Positions 9,386-18,825 of a stretch of DNA of 64,000 bases are shown piece by piece. The notes beneath the pieces are model-generated. The model saw only the letters and a program-made list of their open reading frames with translations, did no database searches and was not told where the DNA came from. Numbering within the stretch: position 1 is the first letter of the stretch; each line of letters begins with the position of its first letter. The position numbers and the translations under genes were made by a program. The stretch spans positions 65,798 through 129,797 of the forward strand of contig CAXGAI010000001.1 of assembly GCA_964007735.1 (NCBI GenBank). Reading direction: 5' to 3'. The DNA is from an uncultured Rhodopirellula sp. Lineage in GTDB: Bacteria; Planctomycetota; Planctomycetia; Pirellulales; Pirellulaceae.

Positions 9386-10153
9386 GTGCGGCGTAGCAAG
9401 ACGATAGAAAAATTGAAGAACAATGAATTGGTAAAGATCTGTGCATTAGGACATTTTCTTCCGTTCTACGTTGCCCACGCTGCTGAGGCGGGGTTTGATG
9501 CGATTTGGCTTGATTCGGAGCATCGAGCCTGGGATCCACGCGAATTGCAAGCCATCATGGCTTATTGTCACCAGTACGACATCGACTGTATGTTGCGTCC
9601 GGCTTCCATTGATAAAGTAAGTTTATACCGTCATCTCGAAGATGGGGCTGCAGGTATGCTCGTGCCTCATGTGAATGATGTTGAGCGAGCGATCTATCTG
9701 CGAGATTGCCTGAAGTTTCCACCGCTGGGAGACCGGGGTATCGACGGAGTTGGGCAAGATAACGGATTTCAATTTTCGGATTCGATCGAATACACTTCGC
9801 GGGCTAATGAAAACACTTTCTTAATTTGCCAGATTGAAACAGCCGAAGCTCTTGAAAACGCTGAGCAGATTATTGCGACGGAAGGCGTCGATGGTGTGTT
9901 TGTTGGTCCCGGTGACTTGCAGCTTCGTATTACTAAGAACAACCTCGGATTCACTTTGGAAGAAGCGATCGAGAAGGTTGCAGTGCTTTGTAAGCAGTAT
10001 GGAAAAGCCTGGGGATTACCGGTTAGCGATGTGGAAATCGGCAAGAAGCGGTATCAGCAAGGTGCTCGACTGATTGCTTATGCGGGCGAGTTTGTCACAT
10101 TGGTCAATATGTTGAATGAGAATTCAACCGGGCTTGATCAGATGACTTCCTAG
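9386..10153 (+). CDS. HpcH/HpaI-family aldolase / citrate-lyase-beta-like
   Basis: 255-aa ORF with a GTG start. Motifs: AAEAGFDAIWLDSEHRAW, MLRP..., CQIETAEALENAEQIIATEGVDGVFVGPGDL, the pattern of class II pyruvate-dependent HpcH/HpaI aldolases. Confidence 0.78.
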   Translation: MRRSKTIEKLKNNELVKICALGHFLPFYVAHAAEAGFDAIWLDSEHRAWDPRELQAIMAYCHQYDIDCMLRPASIDKVSLYRHLEDGAAGMLVPHVNDVERAIYLRDCLKFPPLGDRGIDGVGQDNGFQFSDSIEYTSRANENTFLICQIETAEALENAEQIIATEGVDGVFVGPGDLQLRITKNNLGFTLEEAIEKVAVLCKQYGKAWGLPVSDVEIGKKRYQQGARLIAYAGEFVTLVNMLNENSTGLDQMTS

Positions 10154-10198
10154 ACGGAAACAACCAATTCGCATGGCAAGAATCCATGTCTATAATGG

Positions 10199-11305
10199 AT
10201 GGACATTCATTCAACTGTTAGAAATGGTCCCGCCAATATGAAACCTGTTTGTTTTTCTGTCCTTTGTTGTCTGCTAATGACAGCCGTGGCACAAGCTCAG
10301 CTAGATCATCCTGCTCCAATTAAGATTCCCGAAAGTGAAGCATCTGCCGAAAAGGAGATGAAAGAATACTCGGAAGTCGTTGAACATACGCGAAACAAAT
10401 TTGAGATGGTGCCTATCCCGAGTGGTAAGTTCATGATGGGCAGCCCTCAAAAAGAAAAGGGCCGTGCGGATGATGAAGGGCCACAACATGAAATTGAGAT
10501 TAAGCCGTTTTGGATTGGTAAAACGGAAATTACTTGGGACGTTTATGAAGTGTGGATGTCAGATATCGATATCCAGATTCGCAAGGTCTATGGTAAAGCC
10601 ACCAATCAACGAGATAAGCTTGCCGATCCACTAACGATTTCAAAGCCCACGGCACCTTATACCGATATGACCTTTGGCATGGGGAAGCGAGGCTATCCTG
10701 CGATTAGCATGACACAACATGCTGCTCGTACATTCTGCAAATGGCTATCAGCGAAGACCGGTCGTTATTATCGGTTGCCCACAGAAGCTGAGTGGGAATA
10801 TGCATGCCGAGCAGGAACTACGACTCGCTATAGTTGGGGAGAGGACGCTTCCAAAATTGGGGAGTATGCCTGGTACTACGAAAACTCGAATGATAAATAT
10901 CAAAAAGTTGGCAAGAAACTTCCCAATCCGTGGGGATTACATGACATGCACGGTAATGTCTGCGAATGGGTGCTTGATCAGTACGATATTGAATTTTACG
11001 GTAAAACCAAATCGGGTGCCCTGAACCCGGTAAATATTCCATTCAAACTATATCCTCGTGTTGTACGCGGCGGTAGCTGGCAAGATGATGCGGAGCTTTT
11101 ACGTAGTGCTGCCCGGCTCGGCTCAACGGAAGATTGGAAATATCAGGATCCTCAGGAACCCCAGAGTATTTGGTATCACACGGATGCCCTCCATGTTGGG
11201 CTGCGTGTTGTACGCCCGTTGGAGACACCCAGCAAAGAAGAACTACAGGCAATCTGGGATAAGGCGTTGCCACTTCAATTCGATAAAGACAATCCCGAAG
11301 AATAA
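10199..11305 (+). CDS. formylglycine-generating enzyme family protein (SUMF1/FGE-sulfatase domain)
   Basis: Signal peptide (MKPVCFSVLCCLLMTAVAQA; an alternative start is at 10238). Motifs: GSPQKEKGRADDEGPQHEIEI, YRLPTEAEWEYACRAGT, GLHDMHGNVCEWVLD, RVVRGGSW. Confidence 0.85.
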   Translation: MDIHSTVRNGPANMKPVCFSVLCCLLMTAVAQAQLDHPAPIKIPESEASAEKEMKEYSEVVEHTRNKFEMVPIPSGKFMMGSPQKEKGRADDEGPQHEIEIKPFWIGKTEITWDVYEVWMSDIDIQIRKVYGKATNQRDKLADPLTISKPTAPYTDMTFGMGKRGYPAISMTQHAARTFCKWLSAKTGRYYRLPTEAEWEYACRAGTTTRYSWGEDASKIGEYAWYYENSNDKYQKVGKKLPNPWGLHDMHGNVCEWVLDQYDIEFYGKTKSGALNPVNIPFKLYPRVVRGGSWQDDAELLRSAARLGSTEDWKYQDPQEPQSIWYHTDALHVGLRVVRPLETPSKEELQAIWDKALPLQFDKDNPEE

Positions 11306-11404
11306 GATTCCCAGTGTTTTCAGCTTGTGGTAATGAGCAAGCAGGTGGTTTAAAATTCAGGCATTCATCAAATCAAAAAATTAATAAATGAGACAAGGAA
11401 TTAT

Positions 11405-12766
11405 ATGATGAGCGAGAGTAATAACTCACGACGCGACTTTCTCAAAACGACCGGCGCAGTTGCTGCAGCTACTGGAGTTCTGTCCTCAGTAAAGCCGGTT
11501 CATGCGGCTGCAGAAGGGACAATTCAGGTTGCTTTGGTCGGCTGTGGTGGTCGAGGAACAGGAGCAGCAGCGAATGCTTTAAGTGTTCCGGATGAAAATG
11601 TTAAGTTGGTGGCGATGGGAGATGTATTTGAACATCGTCAGAAAGCCAGTTATGAAAGCCTGGTTCGCAAATTCCCAAAGACGGTAGATGTCTCGGATGA
11701 TCACAAATTTCTAGGGTTCGATGCCTATAAGAAGGCAATGGATTGTTTGAATCCGGGTGACGTCGTTATTCTTACCACCCCCCCCGCATTTCGTTGGCTG
11801 CACTTTGGCTATGCCATCGAAAAAGGCCTAAATGTCTTCATGGAAAAGCCGGTGACTGTGGATGGGCCGGGTTCCAGAAAGATGTTTGATTTAGCAGAGA
11901 AGGCTACCGAGAAGAACTTGAAAGTAGCTGTTGGACTGATGTGTCGTCACTGCGATGCTCGTAATGAACTCTTCGATCGAATCCAGAACGGTGAGATTGG
12001 GGAGGTGAACATGTTGCGGGCTTATCGTATGGCTGGACCAACTGGATACGCTGCAGTACCCCCTAAACCGGAAGGAATTTCAGATCTGATGTATCAGATT
12101 AAGAATTTTCACGGTTTCTTGTGGCTCAGCGGTGGAGCGGTATCAGACTTTCTTATTCACAATATTGATGAAATGTGCTGGATGAAAGATGCATGGCCAG
12201 TATCTGCCAAGGCTTCTGGTGGTCGTCACTATCGGGGCGACAATATAGATCAGAATTTCGACTCTTATGCAATCGAATACACATTTGAAGATGGTACGAA
12301 GGCATTCATGAATGGCCGAACGATACCGGGTTGTCACAATGAGTTTGCTAGCTATGCACAGGGCTCAAAAGGTATCGCAGTGATCTCCCAATCGGGCCAT
12401 GCTCCATCGAAAGCTCGTATTTATAAAGGCCATGCAATGAATAAAGAAAATCTTGCATGGGACTGGGGAAAGCCAGAACCGAATCCGTATCAGCTAGAGT
12501 GGAATCACTATCTTGATGCGATTCGCAACGATTTGGATTATAACGAAGCTCCGCGCGGCACCATGGCTAGCCTTGTTACATCCATGGGTCGTTTGGCTGC
12601 TCATACCGGTCAGGAAGTCACTGTGGACGATATGCTGAATCATGAAGCAGATTTTGGAGAAGGCATTGAGAACCTCACGCTAGATGGTGATTCAGTTTTG
12701 ACGCCATTTGATGATGGGAAGTATCCAGTTCCTCAGCCTGGCCTCAATCCTGATTTTGAGTATTAA
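11405..12766 (+). CDS. Gfo/Idh/MocA-family oxidoreductase with a twin-arginine signal
   Basis: Tat motif SRRDFLKTTGAVAAATG followed by the Rossmann motif VALVGCGGRGTGAA. The length and layout resemble exported NAD(P)-dependent oxidoreductases (GH109-like). Confidence 0.85.
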   Translation: MMSESNNSRRDFLKTTGAVAAATGVLSSVKPVHAAAEGTIQVALVGCGGRGTGAAANALSVPDENVKLVAMGDVFEHRQKASYESLVRKFPKTVDVSDDHKFLGFDAYKKAMDCLNPGDVVILTTPPAFRWLHFGYAIEKGLNVFMEKPVTVDGPGSRKMFDLAEKATEKNLKVAVGLMCRHCDARNELFDRIQNGEIGEVNMLRAYRMAGPTGYAAVPPKPEGISDLMYQIKNFHGFLWLSGGAVSDFLIHNIDEMCWMKDAWPVSAKASGGRHYRGDNIDQNFDSYAIEYTFEDGTKAFMNGRTIPGCHNEFASYAQGSKGIAVISQSGHAPSKARIYKGHAMNKENLAWDWGKPEPNPYQLEWNHYLDAIRNDLDYNEAPRGTMASLVTSMGRLAAHTGQEVTVDDMLNHEADFGEGIENLTLDGDSVLTPFDDGKYPVPQPGLNPDFEY

Positions 12767-12780
12767 TTCAGAGCCAGATA

Positions 12781-12822
12781 AAAAGCCGTTCTGAATTTCA
12801 TTTGAATCAGAACGGCTTTTTT
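12781..12822. terminator. bidirectional intrinsic terminator between convergent genes
   Basis: AAAAGCCGTTCTGA (12781..12794) pairs with TCAGAACGGCTTTT (12807..12820) across a 12-nt loop. There is an A-run upstream and a T-run downstream, so it can terminate both convergent transcripts. Confidence 0.65.
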
Positions 12823-12843
12823 ATGCGCTGCATTTTAGAAGCG

Positions 12844-14256
12844 TTAAAGAATTTCTTTAATAACCGTTCCACGACTAATGGGGATTGGACGATTTACCGG
12901 GTCATAAACTTCCGTATGAGGAGGATAACCCATGAGGTGATAGACGGTTGCCAAAATGTCTTTCGGTCTTACAGCCCCCTCAATGGGATGGGCGGCATGC
13001 TTGTCGCTTGCTCCGTGAACGACACCGCCATTCACGCCACCACCAGCTAAGGCGATGGAGAAAACATTACCCCAGTGATCTCGCCCGGCATTGCCATTGA
13101 ATTTAGGCGTATGTCCAAACTCACTGAACATGATGACCAGTGTTTCATCGAGTAATCCGCGTTGCTCGAGATCTTCAATCAAAGCACTAAATGTTTGATC
13201 CATGCTGGGCATTAAATGCTCTTTGAGTGACTGATTGTGCTTTTTGTGTGTATCCCAGCCGCCCTGATTTTCAAATTTTCGATCATCAACCACGCGTGTC
13301 CAGTTAATTTGAATTAATGATACGTCCGCTTCGACTAACCGTCTGGCTAACAGACAGCTTTGTGCAAAGCGACCCTTTCCATAGCGTTCACGAGTCTGAT
13401 CGGATTCTTTGGAGATATCAAACGCGTCACGAGCAGCTCCGGAACCGAGTAGGCTATAGGCTTTTTGTGTATGAATATTGAATGTCGAAACGGCCTTGGA
13501 ATCGGATAATGTTTGTTGGGATTTGTTGATTTGAGAGAGTAAGGATTGTCGATTGTTGACCCGCAACTGAGTCAGGTCTTCGGCCAACGTCATTCCCGGA
13601 ACATCGAATCGATTTTCATTTGGATAGCACTTAATGAGCCATGGATCGTGGGCACGACCAATGAATCCAGCGTCTTGTCCCGGCCAGGGCTTGTTTCCGT
13701 CGTTCCAGATATGTTCCGGAAGCACGATGGAAGATGGCAGCCCTTTATCTTCCCGTAGAGCCCGAGTAACAGCCGCCAGACTTGGATGATCGTTGGGGGG
13801 CCCCGGCGGACCACTCTCTCTGTTCATAGGGCTATGCTCGATACCAGTCAGCATCTGATAGCCGCTCGATGAATGTGCGTTGTCATGAGTAACGACACCA
13901 CGAAGAACGGCAATCTTGTCCGTAAGTTGGGCCGTCTTGGGCATCAGTGCTCCAACGTGATAGCCCGGTGTTTTCGAGGGAGTCGTTCCAAATTCGCCAC
14001 GGATTTCTGTGGGGGCATTTGGTTTGGGATCCCATGTTTCGTGTTGAGGCAGCCCGCCAATCAATCCAAATACGATCACCGATTTGGCTTTTCCAAATCC
14101 GGGCAGATTTGAATTACCAGCAGGGTTTGCCTGTGCTCGCTGTTTGAGGAGACCAGCAAGTGATAGTCCGCCCAATCCCAACCCGCCAACGCGCAGGGCC
14201 TCACGACGGGAAATCCCGTCGCAGAGTGTTGTGCCTTTGTCGTGGATAGAGAACAT
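12844..14256 (-). CDS. DUF1501 domain-containing protein (sulfatase-fold, Tat signal)
   Basis: Tat-like CDGISRREALRVGGLGLGGLSLAG. The C-terminal SEFGHTPKFNGNAGRDHWG is the hallmark DUF1501 motif. The ATG at 14256 is preferred over the TTG at 14286. Confidence 0.85.
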   Translation of the reverse strand: MFSIHDKGTTLCDGISRREALRVGGLGLGGLSLAGLLKQRAQANPAGNSNLPGFGKAKSVIVFGLIGGLPQHETWDPKPNAPTEIRGEFGTTPSKTPGYHVGALMPKTAQLTDKIAVLRGVVTHDNAHSSSGYQMLTGIEHSPMNRESGPPGPPNDHPSLAAVTRALREDKGLPSSIVLPEHIWNDGNKPWPGQDAGFIGRAHDPWLIKCYPNENRFDVPGMTLAEDLTQLRVNNRQSLLSQINKSQQTLSDSKAVSTFNIHTQKAYSLLGSGAARDAFDISKESDQTRERYGKGRFAQSCLLARRLVEADVSLIQINWTRVVDDRKFENQGGWDTHKKHNQSLKEHLMPSMDQTFSALIEDLEQRGLLDETLVIMFSEFGHTPKFNGNAGRDHWGNVFSIALAGGGVNGGVVHGASDKHAAHPIEGAVRPKDILATVYHLMGYPPHTEVYDPVNRPIPISRGTVIKEIL

Positions 14257-14405
14257 GATTTGATCCGCACTTCTACTTGTATACAACTATCATAGTAACA
14301 GAAAAAAAATTTGCCTTACTATTAAATATCGGCAGACAGAGTGGGTCTCTCTTGAGGTTGTTCGAAAAGCGAAGGTTGATTCATTGCTTTCAGGGCATTG
14401 ATTCG

Positions 14406-17216
14406 TTAGTCGCTTCGGGTGTTCCTAAAATAAGCCGGGCTTTTTTGTGTTGCATAGCCAAAGGAGGTGAGTATCTCGACGTCGTTAAATTCGTATTTTA
14501 ATTCTTCCTGATCATCGACGGTTAAAGTTGCGATGGAATCTTCAAGAACGACATGTAATTTTACTTCCTGACCGACGGTCATCATGTAGTCTTTCGTTCG
14601 AAGCGTTTGATGCTTGCCCTCAACAACTTCACCAATGACGATCGATTGGGGGCCGATTTGGATACCTGCGAATTTAAAGTTGTCATCATCGATGTAGTCA
14701 AAGGCGATGTATCCATTTGCGAATTCGTCTGATGTATTACTCAGGCTGGTGATATGGCTAATGTGTTGTCTGGGGCCGATGAAATTGTCGGATAACATGT
14801 AGACAGACATGCCTTCAGAGGCTGGCTGAACCTCAATCAAGTTTTCTGAAATATGCCACATTTCTCCAGCGAGTTGTTGGTTATATTTTGGGGGCTCAAC
14901 AAGTTCTTCTGCGCGGAGAATACTAAGTGTATGGTAGGCACGATTGACATAAGGGGAATAGGCTCCCACAGCACCGTAACGAAGGGCCTCTGGGAATTCG
15001 TAGCTTGTAATTCGGGATCCATTTGCGAATACAGAAATTCGATTATCCCGAATTCGGAGACGCATATTGAGCGAGTTATGAAGATTCAGCCCCCGGCGTG
15101 CATGCTTTAGAATTCTTTCTTCACCGTTAACCACCTCACCGATAGCCCAAGAAGTGCTATCAGGATACACGGTTGAATTGATGATCGACTCAATCACTGT
15201 GGAAGATCGCGAAGAGCCGGCGACTCGTGTCATCCCAACGAATTTGTAATTTAACTGGTCCTGATAATCAAAGATGACAGGTTCGTGAGTGAAGTTTGTT
15301 TCATTGCGATCGGTTGACTGCAAAAGGATGTCGAATTCTTCGGGCAAAGTCTCATTAAGAAAGAGCATGTTGAAATTCGTAATATTTTCAAATCCCCCAA
15401 AAGGAAGTGGGTATTCGTTTTCCTGATAAAATTCTTTGCCTTGTATTTTGAATCCATAGTCATTCATCACCACGGTAGATTCCAGGTATCCAAACGGAGT
15501 TAATTTTGCGGAGACTGGGAAGTTCACACCGGGTGAAACAGGCAGCGTCTTTTGGGCGGTGGCACCATTTTGATACTGTATTTCATATTCAACGATCGTT
15601 GGTCCCCAATGGTGCGGCGCCGACCGATAGATAAGTTCTTCGTCTTGGATGTGTACGGAGCCATGCGTTGCCGAGGCCTTGGTTATTGACGCCCCTTCCG
15701 GTAGTAGGAAGAGATCATTGAGTAGAACATCTTCATGCACCGGGATTTTATGATAATTGTTAATTTTGACGGAAGGCTGATGGATATTGTCGAGCGTTAG
15801 TGTTCCGAAAATGGATCCGCGACGATGCCCTTTCAGTCCTAGATTGCCGGTTGAAATATCATTAGCAAATTGCCGAGACAGGTAATGAGTGTCGTTAATC
15901 AGTAAGCGGACCTGATTTCTATGAATGAATAATTTCAGGTTGTACGCATAATTTTCAGGTTTACCAATGAATTTGGATTTGAGTGGAACATAGCGACCAT
16001 TACGAATTTCAGCAATGAGGGCAGTTCTTTTACCACCAACGATGCCGGCATATTTGTAGTTCTTTGAATCGATATAGTCGAATACTACATAGCCACCTCC
16101 ATTGGCTCGCGGGTTATCTGGGTGAGGCACCAACGAAGTGCTGATAGCGAATTCCTCCGGAGGGATACCAACATCAAGCAACTCGAGTCCCGTAAGGCGG
16201 TGGAGAGTTGTAGGGCCAGCGGAAAGATGTTCATGAGTGCCCTGAAGCAGCCTCAGGTTGGCAAAGGCATCGTCATTCCATTTGTATTGAATGGGAAATT
16301 GCGAGCTAATTGTTAAGGTCACTTCTCCCGGTACGACGCGTCCAAATTGATCTATGACATTGTAAGTAATATGTTGATCACCGAATTTGTTTTCATGAGA
16401 CTGAAACTGGAGTTGGTTGTTGACAATGGAAGCTTGGCCAAAGTCAAACTCTGTTTCAGGTAGCGAGAGAGTTGCATCCACGTCATAAGCAATGAGGTCG
16501 TTGGCCAGTACATCAATAACTTCTGTCATACCTTGTACGGTTCTTAAACTGTCGCTGGCGGTTTTGGTTAAAGGAAAATATTCGGTAACGCCAATGTCAT
16601 TAAACTCGGTAGGCCTGGGGATTAAAGCCCCGACGCCTATCGCCCTGTTTCGATCAAGTGCCATATAGGAATGAGAAACTTTCAAGGATCCGTTGGCGAC
16701 TAGAGCTACTTTCGTACCTTCGACGTTGAGTTTCAGTTCAAACGAGTCATTTGCGTTGATAGTTTCTCGCAAACGCTCGTGCACATAGAGGCGATTGCGG
16801 AGTTTGGCACCAATAAGCCATAGGTTTCGCCGAGCATCAAATCCGGCGAATTTGAAGTTGCGATCGTTTTGGTAGTCAAAAATAATCAAACCGTTAGTTT
16901 TGAGTCCGCGTTGCCTCAGTCGCGTGCAACCTGATTTGATTGGATCGATCGATGATTTAGCAGTGGCTTCGATCGTGAAGCGATCAGGTAGCTCCAGTTC
17001 ATTCTGAAAAAGAGAGATGCGTGGTAGATGCCTTTTTTTTACTGGCTCAGCGTCACTAATAGTGAAGGATTGGTCAAATGCGACACCCTCGGTGGGAGTG
17101 ATGGGATCAGAGATTAAATTACATGCGGGGCCCCCGAAAGCCAGCAACCGCCGGTCTTCCAGTCTTTCACCTCCCCGGATCCGGGGATTTGATTCTAAAT
17201 TGACTCGCTGACGCAT
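14406..17216 (-). CDS. large secreted repeat protein: four LamG/ConA-like modules interleaved with cadherin-like (..VL.ND..) segments
   Basis: 936 aa with N-terminal ...GGERLEDRRLLAF. A fourfold internal repeat is marked by [IV]FDY[QI]D..N[FY]K[FY][AV]G at aa 113, 379, 649 and 839 (IIFDYQNDRNFKFAG / VVFDYIDSKNYKYAG / VIFDYQDQLNYKFVG / IAFDYIDDDNFKFAG). VIDVLANDL and HEDVLLNDL segments lie between the modules. Confidence 0.7.
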   Translation of the reverse strand: MRQRVNLESNPRIRGGERLEDRRLLAFGGPACNLISDPITPTEGVAFDQSFTISDAEPVKKRHLPRISLFQNELELPDRFTIEATAKSSIDPIKSGCTRLRQRGLKTNGLIIFDYQNDRNFKFAGFDARRNLWLIGAKLRNRLYVHERLRETINANDSFELKLNVEGTKVALVANGSLKVSHSYMALDRNRAIGVGALIPRPTEFNDIGVTEYFPLTKTASDSLRTVQGMTEVIDVLANDLIAYDVDATLSLPETEFDFGQASIVNNQLQFQSHENKFGDQHITYNVIDQFGRVVPGEVTLTISSQFPIQYKWNDDAFANLRLLQGTHEHLSAGPTTLHRLTGLELLDVGIPPEEFAISTSLVPHPDNPRANGGGYVVFDYIDSKNYKYAGIVGGKRTALIAEIRNGRYVPLKSKFIGKPENYAYNLKLFIHRNQVRLLINDTHYLSRQFANDISTGNLGLKGHRRGSIFGTLTLDNIHQPSVKINNYHKIPVHEDVLLNDLFLLPEGASITKASATHGSVHIQDEELIYRSAPHHWGPTIVEYEIQYQNGATAQKTLPVSPGVNFPVSAKLTPFGYLESTVVMNDYGFKIQGKEFYQENEYPLPFGGFENITNFNMLFLNETLPEEFDILLQSTDRNETNFTHEPVIFDYQDQLNYKFVGMTRVAGSSRSSTVIESIINSTVYPDSTSWAIGEVVNGEERILKHARRGLNLHNSLNMRLRIRDNRISVFANGSRITSYEFPEALRYGAVGAYSPYVNRAYHTLSILRAEELVEPPKYNQQLAGEMWHISENLIEVQPASEGMSVYMLSDNFIGPRQHISHITSLSNTSDEFANGYIAFDYIDDDNFKFAGIQIGPQSIVIGEVVEGKHQTLRTKDYMMTVGQEVKLHVVLEDSIATLTVDDQEELKYEFNDVEILTSFGYATQKSPAYFRNTRSD

Positions 17217-17322
17217 GCAAAATACCTACAAAACCAGCAAGAATTGTAAGCTAGACAGGCCATTTTCCCCTATACCATTCCAGCCTCTTCACTTTTTGAG
17301 AAGTAAAGGATAGAGAGAGGTT

Positions 17323-18693
17323 TTACTCGTGCAGACGTTCCCAGTCGATGGTGATCGAATAGTGTTCGGTCTTGATTTCCATTTTGCGTTCGAACTGGTT
17401 GGGTTTGAATGTCAATGTAAAGACAACGGGTTCACCGATCGGATCGTCGCTGAATGTATCGTCGTCCCAAAGTTGTATTTTTCCCGTCCCAATCACCGGT
17501 AGCAGCTTGTCAAATGCATCGATATCCCAATTCGCCGTAAGTCCGTCATCTGCTTCATCAACCTCAAAGATCTCATTATCCTCAAGGTCGCTAATGACAA
17601 AGTATAAGTCAGGCAACTCTTCATCAGCGAGTGCCAATGCGGCTCCCTTTAAGACATCCACTTTCACAGACTTAATTTGCAGAGCTACTTGGGACTGTGG
17701 CTCTTCTATATCTTCGTAATGTCGTTTACGGACTAGATCAATAACTTCGGGATCAATCGCCCCTCCATCATCGGCGGGTGACTGTTGATAAATTGTCCTC
17801 AAGTACTCGGCTAATTGATCGGTCATTCCATGACGAACGACCTTTCCCAAAATGAATCCAAAGCGGCAGGAATGAACCACTGAATGCTTCATAGCAACGC
17901 CACCCACATCCGAGCGATACTTGATGTTGTGCTTGGCAACGATCAATTCATCCCGACTCTCAAGGTTTACAATTTCATCGGTAAGCCCCACCCGAGTTGC
18001 AAGATCGTGGAATGGACTACTCACTTTCGGCAGGATTAATTGTTGTGCTCGTCGCCATGAACGTGTTAGATCGATAGCCGAGTCGTCATTAACTCCATTG
18101 ATCTCGGCCCAAAAATCGGGCACGCGATCATTGTCGGGATTGAGACACAAGATGTCTTTGATCTGTTTCTGGTTTTCGGGTGGGCAGTACACCGGTAACG
18201 GAACTTCATCCCCGTCCGGGTTTTCCATCACCAAATGCAAATGTGGTGTCGACAAACATACCACCAGATTGACCTGACGGGTTAGTTTGGAAGCTGCTAG
18301 TAAAGCAACATTGCCGCCATGACTATGGCCAATGATTGCTATACGATCGGTTTCCTCGGTGAATTCTTTGATTTCGCGAGCAAGGTTCTCAGCCGCATCC
18401 AGCCGAGCCTGATGATTATTCTGTCCACTCCACACGAAGTGATGAATGGTCGAATTCTTTCCCGCAGCTCTCTTTAGTTCAGAAGCGAAGCTTACTTTAT
18501 CCTCCACAATTAAAGGCCAGGTTTCATTTCCAGCGAAACTTCCATGAACCAGAAAGACCTTGACCGGACCTTTAAGGCGGGGAAGTTGCAATGGAAACTC
18601 GTCCGCGCCAGTCAAAGAATGCATGGAGAATACTACTAATAACGCCCAATAAAGGAGTCGCATTCGCTTGGTTACTTGGAGGGAGAATGTCAT
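17323..18693 (-). CDS. secreted alpha/beta-hydrolase (lipase/esterase-like, GHSHG nucleophile elbow) with a C2-like C-terminal domain
   Basis: Signal peptide MRLLYWALLVVFSMHSLTGA. VFLVHGS... and IAIIGHSHGGNVALLAA (GXSXG). The C-terminal ~120 aa contain PDLYFVISD...LTANWDIDAF...IQLWDDDTFSDDPIGEPVVF, which resembles C2-domain strands and Asp-rich loops. Confidence 0.7.
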   Translation of the reverse strand: MTFSLQVTKRMRLLYWALLVVFSMHSLTGADEFPLQLPRLKGPVKVFLVHGSFAGNETWPLIVEDKVSFASELKRAAGKNSTIHHFVWSGQNNHQARLDAAENLAREIKEFTEETDRIAIIGHSHGGNVALLAASKLTRQVNLVVCLSTPHLHLVMENPDGDEVPLPVYCPPENQKQIKDILCLNPDNDRVPDFWAEINGVNDDSAIDLTRSWRRAQQLILPKVSSPFHDLATRVGLTDEIVNLESRDELIVAKHNIKYRSDVGGVAMKHSVVHSCRFGFILGKVVRHGMTDQLAEYLRTIYQQSPADDGGAIDPEVIDLVRKRHYEDIEEPQSQVALQIKSVKVDVLKGAALALADEELPDLYFVISDLEDNEIFEVDEADDGLTANWDIDAFDKLLPVIGTGKIQLWDDDTFSDDPIGEPVVFTLTFKPNQFERKMEIKTEHYSITIDWERLHE

Positions 18694-18825
18694 GAAAGAA
18701 CCGTTCTACAACTTGCTATTGGCATGTTCTGGAAGCAGCTAAATTGTACGCTTACTGTCCTCGGATAGTGTACCACTTGCTCAGGCATGTTCATGAAAAA
18801 CTTCGTCTAAGATTACCGTCTGCTT

